Assembly: GCA_964247055.1 (NCBI GenBank)
Contig: OZ176052.1
Coordinates: forward strand, 5,766,001-5,830,000
Direction: 5' to 3'
Length of the DNA: 64,000 nucleotides
Source: Paragordius varius
Taxonomy: Eukaryota > Animalia > Nematomorpha
The notes below the pieces were generated by a model. That model made no database searches. It was not told the DNA's origin and saw only the letters and a list, made by a program, of their open reading frames with translations. The stretch's first letter is position 1. The number at the start of each line of letters is the position of its first letter. The position numbers and the translations under genes are program-made. Below are positions 40,566 to 50,997 of the stretch, piece after piece.

Positions 40566-42465
40566 CAGGGCTTCTTAAACTAAGGGTCGCGACCCCTTTT
40601 GGGGTCCCGTAGCAAAATTATGGGGTCGCGAGTGATAAAATTAAAATTTAACAAAAAATGTTTTAACTTGTAAAATATATATGATTATAAAAATGGAAAA
40701 TGAGGCTTTGTATGTTTCCGGAAAACCGGTAGACCCATTCATATCCAGAAAAAAATATAATCATTAATGAATGCCCCGACAATAGCTTCGTCTTTTTTTT
40801 AATTAGGCCCCCAGTTCGGGCCCACCCCGTGTAAAAAATGGGTTTTTTGAAAAATCGTGTCTTTGAGACAATTTTCCTGAAAACGTGTTGGACCATTCGA
40901 TTTCACATATATTTTTTTTTATTTCAATTGCGCCGAACATAGTCGGCTCGCTTTTTTAATTTCGGCCCCCTTTTTACCCGCTCCCCCCGTAAAATGCCAT
41001 TTTTTTCAAACATAAAAATTATTTTTTGAATCTATATTTCGCCCAAGGTACGAGACTCTAAAAATTCAATAAGGATCTAAAAATTCAATAAGGATTCCAC
41101 GTATTCCCTGTTAAAAGGCAAATATTTTAGTCGAGCGTTTTTTATATTAGCTGCTGGGTAAGGAGATCCCGCTAAAGATTGCCTCATCATAAGGAAATAG
41201 GGTGCCTTTGGGGCTAAATTTCAAAAAACCTATCAGGCCATATGAGTTCAATAGTTAAAATATTACCCATAACAAGGCAAAAATTTAGGTCGTACGAATT
41301 TTATTCACGCCCTGAAAAATACGCCACTATAGAATGGTTTTTAGTTTTAAGGCAATTTTTCCAAAAACTAATGAGATTATATGGAATCAATAATGATTTT
41401 AGGTATTCTCCGTAAAAACGAAAATTTTAATCAAGGGTTTTTTTATCAGCTGTTGGGTAAGGAGCTACTCGCCTAAAACTGCGCCACCATATCGACATTG
41501 CGTTGTTTAGAAGTTAATTTTCAAAAAACTTATCAGGCCATATAAGTGTAATATAGGCCTGAAATATTACCCGTAAAGTCAAAAATTTGAGTAGAGCCCC
41601 TTAATTAGGCCCTTGCCCTGAAAAAATGCGTCACCATAGAATGACTTTTTGGTTTTGGGGCACCATGAGAGCATATGGAATCAATCATGATTCCAGGTAT
41701 TACCCGAATTAAGGCAAAAAATTTAATTGAGCGTTTTTTTGTTGCCCTGGTTAGAAGCTACCCGCGTAAAACTGTGTCCAATCTATATACAGCATGCCTT
41801 TGGAGCGAAATTTCAGAAAACCTATGAGTCTAATAGGAACAATGAATTCCATTCAAGATAATCCCCATATGAGGGCAAAAATTTTAACCAGCGCTTTTTT
41901 ATACCTGCCCTGGGTTAGGAGTACCCGCCAAAAGCTGGTCCACTATATAAAAATTGCTTTGTTTTGGAGCTAATTTACACAAAATTATGAAGGCATATGA
42001 GCTCATTAAAACCTTGAAATATATTCCGTAACTAGATAAAAAAATCAGGTGTTTTTTATAGCCGTTAATTTGTGGCTTTTATGCCCTAAAAATACGCCAT
42101 CTTACAACAATAATTTAGTGTTGAGGTATTTTTTCGAAACCCCATAAATGGTAAGATGATTCCAAATATTTGCCATTAAGAAGCCATACGAGTTCAGTTA
42201 AACACATTATGGCGAATTTGTATAACATCATTCTTTCCTTTAAAAAGTCCACCGATTATTATAATATCTTGTATAAATTTACTATGAATCAGAAGATGTT
42301 AAAGAAATTTATAAAAAAATGTAGATTTAATTATGTAAATCTCTTAAAACCGAAATAATCCTGATAAATATAATCAACAAAATTTATAAGCGTGAATTGT
42401 TGGGGTCGTTGAGAAACTCGCTCTCATAAATGGCGTCGGGAATTACAAAAGTTTAAGAAGCCCTG
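40566..42465. mobile_element. hAT (Charlie-like) element nested inside the outer hAT
   Basis: Perfect 16-bp TIR CAGGGCTTCTTAAACT / AGTTTAAGAAGCCCTG, subterminal GGGTCGCGACCCC motifs, flanks ATATATAT / ATCTATAT (7/8). Confidence 0.88.
40680..42130 (+). mobile_element. Helitron-like copy B with degenerate ~150/300-bp internal tandem repeats
   Basis: Aligns with copies A and C. The unit GGCAAA..TTT..GAGCGTTTTT..CTG.TGGGT.AGGAG..CCCGC.AAA recurs at ~41117, 41420, 41712 and 41874. Boundaries approximate. Confidence 0.6.
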
Positions 42466-42509
42466 ATCTATATGAAGTAAATTTATTCATTTTTAATTGC
42501 ATAAATATT

Positions 42510-43098
42510 CTAATAAATTCTATAATATGGAAATATATTTATAAAAATGGAAAGTGGTGGCTTTGTGATCTGTTTTCGAAAAACCGGTAGACCCATTCGA
42601 ATCCAAACATCGAAAAAATATAATCATTAATAAATGCCCCGACAATAGCTTCGCCCTTTTTTGAAATAGGCCCCCAGTTCGGGCACCCCGTGTAAAAAAC
42701 GGTTTTTTTTGAAAACAGAAGTCCACAAAAATCGTGTCTTTGAGACAATCTTCCGGAGAACGTGTTGAACCATATTTCAAATGTGATTTTTGTTTACTCA
42801 TTTTCGATTGCGCCGAACATGGTCGTCTCGCTTTTTTAATTTAGGCCCTATATTTAACCGCTCCCCCCATAAAATGCCATTTTTTTTCAAAAAACAAAGT
42901 CCACAAAAATAATTATAAATCTATTTTTTGCCCTAGGTATGAGACCGTTTGGCACAAGTAAACAATATAGTATGAATGCACCGTTTTAAAATTTTATCAG
43001 ATCATAGCTATTAAATAATTTTTCGAAATACTTATTTCAAATAGCGCCCCCCTCCCACCCGGAAGTCCGAAGGACTTCCACGGGGAGATTTTCGCTAG
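42510..43098 (+). mobile_element. Helitron-like copy C with both termini
   Basis: 5' TCTATAAT..TTTATAAAAATGG; 3' hairpin GGAAGTCC-GAA-GGACTTCC (43061-43079) followed by CTAG|T at 43095-43099, the canonical Helitron 3' end. Confidence 0.7.
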
Positions 43099-44012
43099 TT
43101 ATATATAAAAATAATGTTGTTGCATATATTGAATTGATCTTATGATAATGGCGAACAATAATGATTTAAAAAATAATTGTAAATCTAGGAGAATTTTGCA
43201 ATACATAAACAGAAATATAATGCATTTTATTTAATAAAATATTTTATATGAAGATTTTATCACTTGGAAAGGAAAAAAGCAACTAAGAGAAAAAATATTT
43301 ATGTAAAAATTTTTCTGGCTTTTGATATTGCAAAATTATCAATTATTAAAATCTATCATATTTTTCTTTTTCCACTCTCAACAATGTTAAGTCATTCTGT
43401 TTTATGGTACTAATTAGGTGAATATATAGAGTATATATTTTAGGGATTTTTACCTAATTGCTGAAAAATATTATTAAGTTCTTATTATTTTTGCATATTA
43501 AAATAATCATTTAGGCGCCCCTAAATAACGGCGCCCGGGGCATGATGCACCCCCTTGCCCCCCCCTCGGTACGCCCCTGAGTAGAATTTTTATTTTATAA
43601 CTAACTTTTATTAATTATCATTTTTTACTTATCACCATAAATCTAAACGTTTAGATTAATATTAATTTTTTTCATTCAAGAACTGTGTACCTTTATTAAT
43701 TCCTTAAAAATTAATTTGTTATAAATAAGGATTAGCGCGTTATAAAATAAGTTTTCAATTTTTCCTAAATAAAAAGTCGCTAATATTTTTAATTGAAAAA
43801 ATTAGTCTAAAACAAAAAATGCTTTTAATGAAGTAAATTTAAAATGAAATAACACCAAAATTTAAAGGTATTATGTTGATAAATAAAAATGAAATACATG
43901 CAATAATTAGGGTTATTCGCAGATCAAAATTAAGGACCAACTTGAAGGATTCAAGGATCAATTTAAAGTGTTCAAGTACATCTAAGTTTAAATAGTATAT
44001 GTGGATGAAATA

Positions 44013-45205
44013 TACCAGGTGTATTCATAGGTTCTAACGGTTTTTTTTGGTAAAAAACATTTGAAAATCAAATATTATTTGATTCAAAAATTATACGTCG
44101 GCTTACATTTGGTTCATGTCTTAGGTAATATAATTGAATGCCGTGCCAAAAAAACTGATTGTCTTTTGCGGATAAAGGCCCTTTTCTATCGTCTAAGAAT
44201 TATTAATCTGTTGCTATGAAATGGTGTGCCCTATCGTTCCGAAGTTGTTTTAGTCAGATGGCGTCAGGTCAGGACAGTTAAACGGAGGCGAAAGACTTCC
44301 CATTGAAGCGATTTCAGGATGTCTTTCGCTGGTTTTGCTGTGTGAGACGAGTATTTGTGTCACGAAATACTTTACCTTGTCTTCTGGCTTATTCCGGTTG
44401 TTTTCAATTGATGCATGGTAATAGATTCTTAGTTGGCATTCTTGCATGGTTCAAATAGATTATTTGTTAGCGAATGTGTTAGCGGTTTGACCGGGTTTTT
44501 ATAAGTGGGAATACAAAATATTGATCTAATCCCCTAGGCCTACGGTCTTTCCGCCGAGGCGATTTGGAAATGATGTTGATGGACTGGGTGACAAGGTGAA
44601 AGCAACGATTTTTTCGCTTTGGTTTACAAAATAATACTATTTATCATCACCAATCTAAATTCGATGCCATGGAAGAAGAATTTTAGAATGTGCAATTATT
44701 TAATGCTTATGCAAATTGTGTGGGCCCCATTTACCAAGGTTATAAGTCTTTACCTTTGCGCGTATGCATCTATAGATTGTTTTTTGACACATAGAGTGCT
44801 TCTGCCAGTTAATGTTAAGCTTGAATTGGATCATTATCCAATCATTCTTGCACTTTATCGTCCTCGCAGTTGTGTGATCTTCTAGAGCGCCCACACTCTT
44901 TCACATGAAATAGTCTTTATTTTTATGTGTTAGTATTTAAGGCATGTTCACCAGCTCCTGCCAGTAAACGATAACTTCCAACAGTCCTCTTTTCTAATTG
45001 CAGCGCGTGCCGTAAAATTTCTTTTTCAGAACAAAATTAAAATTACAGATTTATAAAATATGACGCCAGTTTTTGGCCAACTCAACTTGTGTGTTTGCCC
45101 TTTAATGTCAGATAAACAAAATGGGGCTTGTTATACATAAATCGTCTATGTAATTTCGATAACATATTCTTTTATTTCAACCGAAACTTATGATTACACC
45201 TGGTA
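44013..45205 (-). mobile_element. Tc1/mariner (IS630-Tc1-mariner) remnant
   Basis: TA|TACCAGGTGTATTCATAGG ... CTTATGATTACACCTGGTA|TA. A minus-strand peptide ends SPPFNCPDLTPSD, resembling the WPPxSPDLNPxD catalytic motif. Confidence 0.65.
44620..44885 (+). mobile_element. LINE AP-endonuclease remnant inside the Tc1/mariner element
   Basis: YASIDCFLTH..LELDHYPIILAL resembles the SRIDYFL..SDHxPV motifs of LINE endonucleases. Confidence 0.4.
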
Positions 45206-46695
45206 TATTTTAGAAAATGATCATAATACCCAGAGTGGTCTCGGTTTTATGTATTACCAGTGTTTTAAAAATACTACTTTTGTGTTAATTCCATATCAAA
45301 TAGCATAATTTGGGCACATTTAATAATGCCCCAGCGAAATAAATTGTTATAATGAAACCAAAATGTTTCGGTTCCGATTGCAGCCACTTCCAAAAGCAGG
45401 CGTTTTAGAACCCTCACTTCTAGTTATCTTATTTTAATAAAATATATTTTAAGGGTGAAAATGCAAAAAGAAGGCCAGATACAAATTAAAATTAAAAATA
45501 GACACATTATGAACATTAATAATATGGTTATCTTTATGCCAACATTCACAAAGTATCCGTTTAAATTTTACTCATAAAAAGTTATTATCAAATTCACCTA
45601 AATTATAACTTATTACTTTTATTATAAAAAGAGATTCAATCCATATCTGAATGCATGTATATACATCTTTAATACAAAAATAAACTGTTAATTTTTAATT
45701 AACACATAAATGCAAAGCTCGATTTCTCTGGATGAAACGACTTGAAATATGATTGAAGGTAATGATTTTTATAAATAATCCAATTTTTGAATGGATAGTT
45801 GTGGTCTATATATTTAGACTTTGAACGGGAACCTATTACCCTGGATAACGGCCAGCTTTGCCTCGTAAACACTTTTATGAAAAACTATATGCAAAATGCT
45901 ACTGATTTCAATTTTTTAATCAAATGGTTCCAATTGTGGATTTTTAATTTACACCTAACCCAAGTATATTAATAGAATGTAAATAAGTAGTTATTAACAT
46001 ATAAAAATTAAAAATATCAATGACTTTTTACAAAGCGTATAATATTAAGTAATGAACAAAAAAAAGTGAACATGATAATATAAGGTAAATTTTTGACCGA
46101 TCAAAATATAATACCAGGTGTGACTGTTTATGAATGCAGTCTCTCATGATCATATATCATTTAATGGTGAAATTGAATAAAAAGGGCATAAAATTGAATT
46201 CAATATTATAAATTAATTAAAACCAATAAGCCGTCTGAATATTGATTGCAGTGGTCCTCAAACAACGGCTTATGGGCCGCATGCTATGGCCCTTTATTTA
46301 TAATCTTTTTTTGATATACTTATTTTGATATCTGAAGATGTGTCAAACATTTATGATATTTTTATCGGCATTATATGCTGTACGGCTTAAAGACAAGATA
46401 AATTAGTGAATATAACTGTAATAACCAGTAACACAAATATAGATTTAATATTTTATAAAAACCGCGGTTCTGGTTTTAAAGGATACCTATTAAAATTCAT
46501 TCTGTCCCCGAAAACTTAAATTTTTTTAATAAAAAAAATGGAAGATAAATCTAGTGCAAATTTTTAGCCTTATAGTTAATTATGAAAACATAAAAATAAT
46601 ACTTTAGGCAATTTTTATAATTGAATTATATATTTATGAATCTAAATTAAAAATAATTATTAAGCGGTTGACATCTGTCGAATTAAATTTCCAAA

Positions 46696-47042
46696 TTAAC
46701 CCCACGCACGGGTAGTGGCATAATGTAATATTAATGTACCGTCTGTTCCATAAGTCTATACATTTAAAATGTTATACATGATATAAATTAGATATAGTTT
46801 GATCAAGGGATGGGGCAAATGCTTGTGCCACATAAATATATAGTGGTTGATCTTGATTAAAACCCAAATATTTTGCCAAAAATTCCAATACCAAAGCAAT
46901 ATTTTTGTCTTCCTCAACCTTCCATTTTTTCTTTTTCATTATAGGAGCATCACCAACAGGTTTAAATAGAACATCAACTTAAAACATTAAAAAATGTATT
47001 TGGATACATTTTACAACCATCACTATGTTCGTGTGTGTGCAT
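46696..47042 (-). CDS. ATG12: Ubiquitin-like autophagy protein ATG12 (absent from the ORF track)
   Basis: Exon 46977-46778 (200 nt) plus exon 46755-46696 (60 nt) give (V/F)DVLFKPVGDAPIMKKKKWKVEEDKNIALVLEFLAKYLGFNQDQPLYIYVAQAFAPSLDQTISNLYH|TYGTDGTLILHYATTRAWG*. This is colinear with human [58 protein letters not shown], including the C-terminal Gly. Exon 1 is ambiguous: 47042-47018 (MHTHEHSD) or 47020-47008 (MVVK). Confidence 0.93.
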
Positions 47043-47081
47043 GAAACAAATGCCGACGCTATGTTTTGCCGTATTATTTAA

Positions 47082-50000
47082 ATGCAAACAAAAAATTTGA
47101 GTTTGGACATTTCGAATTTTACTTTAAATGCTGTATTTGACGATAAAGTTTTGAGAGATTTCGTTAGTAATACAGAAAAAAGTGGTAATATATACCAAAA
47201 CTATGGAATAGATTTTGTATTCAATCACAAAGGTGCATTTTTTTTAATTTTAGATAATGAAACAGATCTTATGGCAAATAGAATCTTCGGCTATAATACA
47301 TTTGTTTACAAAAAAGAAAATAAAAAATTATTTTTTCAATGTCAAGCATTTGATATATTTAATCCGGAATCATCAGTTGAAAGTTTAGAAACAAAAATAT
47401 TTATTGAATATAAATTATTAAATAATGAATATATAGCTAAAGTATGTTATAATATAATTTATAGTTATTTATTAATGTTTTTATGATAGACAATTCTTTT
47501 ATGCTAAATAATATAAACACAACTGTACCATATTGCAATACATCTTATAGATCTTTATATGATAACAATAGTAAACGATCCTATAAAGCCCAATCAAATT
47601 ATGGCTTTTTAATTTTAAACACCTTAAAAAAAGTTGTTTTTCTAAAATCTACTGAAACTACAAAGGGTTCCAATATCATTGGTATTTGGTCAGATGCATC
47701 CAATATTCAATCACCTTTTGCCTGGTCAATATGTCATTCTCATTGGTCAAAATTAGAAAATAAAGCTTCCAATTTTTTATTTGCTCATATTTTACGACCA
47801 ACAATACCACCCGAAATATATATGGTTTCGAAAACTTCTTTACAGAAACCGTGTCATTGGTTTGCGACCTCAGACGTTCGGATGGCTAAAATTGGCAGCA
47901 AAATCAAACCTCGAAATTTTACCATTAAACTTCAAGTTAGTTGTTTTTATTTTTGCTTTTCATTGAAAGATGAAATATTAACTCTCTTAAATATATATAT
48001 ATATATGTGAAGTGTGTCATGACAACCTTCTCTTTTTATATATTTGTCCCCTAATTAGCTTATTTCAACCGATGATCCCATGTTTTTGCATATGTTACCT
48101 GCTTCAGAACTTAATACAGACGCAAACTTTGGAATTCCAGTAGCTTCCTCATACAACTCTGATGATCCGAAAACATTAAATGCGTCAAACAAATCCGTTT
48201 TTGATATCAGAGACAGTTTCGAACACTATTTGCTGACTCATAATATAACTACACCTGACATTTGTAAATCAAGCAATCTTAAGGGTACAGAAAATCAAAT
48301 TATGGACATAAATGAAACCTACTACTATACGGACAAAGCCGAAAAGGTTAATCCAAACAGTCATAAACTCTCTCCAAATCTCACAAATAAAATTGTGTCG
48401 GAATCATTTATATCAAACGTAATAGGCCAGGCTAAACAGGTTTTGCAAGAAAATATGGTTGTTTTACCGAAAATTCCTGAAAAAAACATCGCCACTCAAT
48501 CAAATTTAACACCACCTCCTGATTCAGAGATAGAAATTGAGACTCAACCCTTGACAGAATGCAAAATTCATAATCCAGAAGCAAGAATCGAACAAATTAC
48601 CCAAAATTCATCTAAATTGATGAATGATCCAACCTTTAATAATAACATTAATTATGTTTTGTTCACAACACTAAAGTACCAACAACAAGAGATTGATACA
48701 CTTAAACGACAATTACAACAAATCAATATAAACGCTTCCGTCCATAATTCTGAACTAAAAAACAAAAACATTCCTGATTCGTCTAAGGTGGCCTTGAAAA
48801 ATGGAAAAAACTTCGTCGAGACCCAAAATAACATGTGTAATGAAATTGGTATAAATACTGGTATGTCACTCATACTACCCCAATTGATACACTCATCATC
48901 AATCTCAAAGGCACAAAACGCACAAAAAGATGACAAAAATATGTTGCTCAATAACAAATCTCAACAAACAACACTATTAAATGGTAAAACAAACTATCCT
49001 AATATTAATTATGTTCACAATAATGATTTTGATTTGATGAATAATCCGAAATCTATGGCAAACGAATGCTCAAGTAATGGTCACCCCTTTTCTGTCCCTG
49101 AAAGAAAAGTAAAATTTGTCAAGGGAAAATGTACATCCTCTCCGCTTGAGACGGAACCTAGGGTATTGGTTAAATATTAGTTTTTTTTAATCTTATAATT
49201 TCATGTAAAAATAGTATTTTGATATCACCAGATTTTAGGTGCTACCTACCTATTAGAATTATAATTTAATTTTGAATATTTATTATTATAATTATATTAA
49301 TCGAATATACCATTGGCATTTCAAATTCATCCTCGAACTATTTATTTCATTCCTGAACAATTCGAGTTTACCTTAAAATATGTGTGTATAAATTTCAAAA
49401 ATTACCCTATAAAATTAACACTAATACAGAAAAAATAATAAATTATGCCATAAAGATATATCTTATTAAATATGTTTTTCATCTAAACACAATTTAATTT
49501 GGAATTCGTTGTGAATATCTATCGTTCAAGGGTAAATATTAAGTATTCAAGGGTGAAAGTGTATATGGTATGTATGGCTTTATATATCCTATTATCATTT
49601 CTATGAGTCATAAACTAGAAACTTTTTTGCCCTTAAATTAAATTATATACGTATTTTATGATTAGCTATCAGCAATATCTATGTTATAAAAAATTTTTAT
49701 TTTGAATAATCCATGTTTAAACAACAAATGCATATTTTAGATAATAAGTGCCAATTCATTTTCGACACCTGCTCGTTCTATTCTACGAAGTACAGAATCC
49801 CAAGAGGGCTACATTTGTTTATCGACACAAACCATCAATTCTACCACAACTTCTATACTTTTCAAATCGCCTCACAGTTATCAAAGGTATCTTTTATAAA
49901 ATAGTTTTTTATTTGTATGATTATATAATATTTTATGCAAAATTTAAAGTTCGCATTCGACCCATTTTAATATTTATGTATAATATAAAAGGTTTATGAT

Positions 50001-50162
50001 TTTTGTTACGTTTAAAAAGCTATAATAGTTAAGTTTTAATTTTCAAATATCTATTGATAATTATATTATTAAATTTTTTTATTTAGAAAAAAGAAAGTTA
50101 GAGAAATTGAACAAATCGATAAAGTTGCCGAAAAATATCTTCGACGCATGAATGAAAGTTAA
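47082..50162 (+). CDS. STIL: SCL/TAL1-interrupting locus protein homolog (centriole assembly; SAS-5/Ana2 family), ~718 aa
   Basis: Exons 47082-47441, 47465-47935 (first junction ambiguous, see findings), 48059-49162, 49741-49886, 50087-50162. Motifs: NYGFLILNTLKKVVFL..IIGIWSDASNIQSPFAWSIC (human [37 protein letters not shown]), NFLF..PEIY, coiled coil LKYQQQEIDTLKRQLQQI, IGINTGMSL (human VSTGASL), and terminal IDKVAEKYL (STAN-like ANAIALKYL). Confidence 0.82.
49308..49570. mobile_element. MITE family 2 copy in STIL intron
   Basis: TA|TACCATTGGCATTTCAAATTCATCCTCGAAC ... GGGTGAAAGTGTATATGGTA. Confidence 0.65.
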
Positions 50163-50713
50163 TTTAAATTTATTACTGAACATCGATTATCCTAATAATT
50201 CTTTTAAAATTCACGAACTTACATTTTACAAAAATTTTATATTCGCGTACTATATAAATAGGTAATGTGACATCAATGGTTAAAGGCCACAAACCAAATA
50301 AGGGTGATAACCCCCTTTCGGCACTGGAATATAGTGTTCATTCCAAAAAATATTTGAAAAAATATGGATTACTTTAATATTGATATAATTTGTCGATGGT
50401 AGAAAAGACCCTTGATATGCATTTATATACGCCTTGTGTAGAAAAATTATTTTGCTTCAAATTTAATATATTTGTGATACGTATTTAGCTTAGCATATAA
50501 TTCTTGTATTAAATTATGGTGACGATAAATAAATTAATATTGCATCATATTGGATATTTTGAAATAAGTGCAAAAAATATTGTTTTTCACATCTTAAAAT
50601 TACTTTTAAAATATAAAAAATATAAATTAACTTTTTGAATAATTTCTCATATACTTTTTAAAGTAAACATTTCCTAAATTTTGACCTGCTAATATCTTAG
50701 TATATGGCTTTTA

Positions 50714-50997
50714 CAAAAACTAAAATTATACGGACAAAACGTAAAAATATAAAGACGAATATTTTTTTTCTAAAAGACAACCATTTTTAAATCTAGATTT
50801 ATACAATATAACTCATAAATGGAGTGTGAAATAGAGATATTTGATACTAACACAATTAATTCTATATTTTACAATTGTAATTTAATAACTTATATGAGAA
50901 AAATTAAGGTTTTGAAAAGTATGGGTGTCTTTTAGAAAAAAATATTTTTGTCTTTATATTTTTACGTTTTGTCCGTATAATTTGAATTTTTACTGTA
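50714..50997. mobile_element. MITE family 1 copy
   Basis: AAAATTATACGGACAAAACGTAAAAATATAAAGAC ... GTCTTTATATTTTTACGTTTTGTCCGTATAATTTGAATTTTTACTG|TA. Confidence 0.85.

Larger units (their letters stand above)
40368..43579. mobile_element. hAT element (outer), non-autonomous, with perfect 8-bp TSD
   Basis: TIRs CAGTGGCGTACCGAG / CTCGGTACGCCCCTG (14/15); AGTAGAAT on both sides (40360-40367, 43580-43587). Contains a transposase C-terminal remnant on the minus strand at ~43299-43397 (NDLTLLRVE..IIDNFAISKARKIFT*). Confidence 0.92.

Noticed and set aside
42520-42801. Recurring ORFs at 21075, 40663, 42520 and 42539 that look like a small gene family
   Set aside because: They are chance frames in the repeated Helitron-like core; frames and lengths differ between copies.
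45720-45900. QSWPLSRVI peptide on the minus strand resembling a BEL/Pao integrase C-terminus
   Set aside because: A single short motif with no supporting neighbours; too degenerate to call.
48652-48957. 101-aa minus-strand ORF
   Set aside because: Antisense shadow of STIL exon 3.
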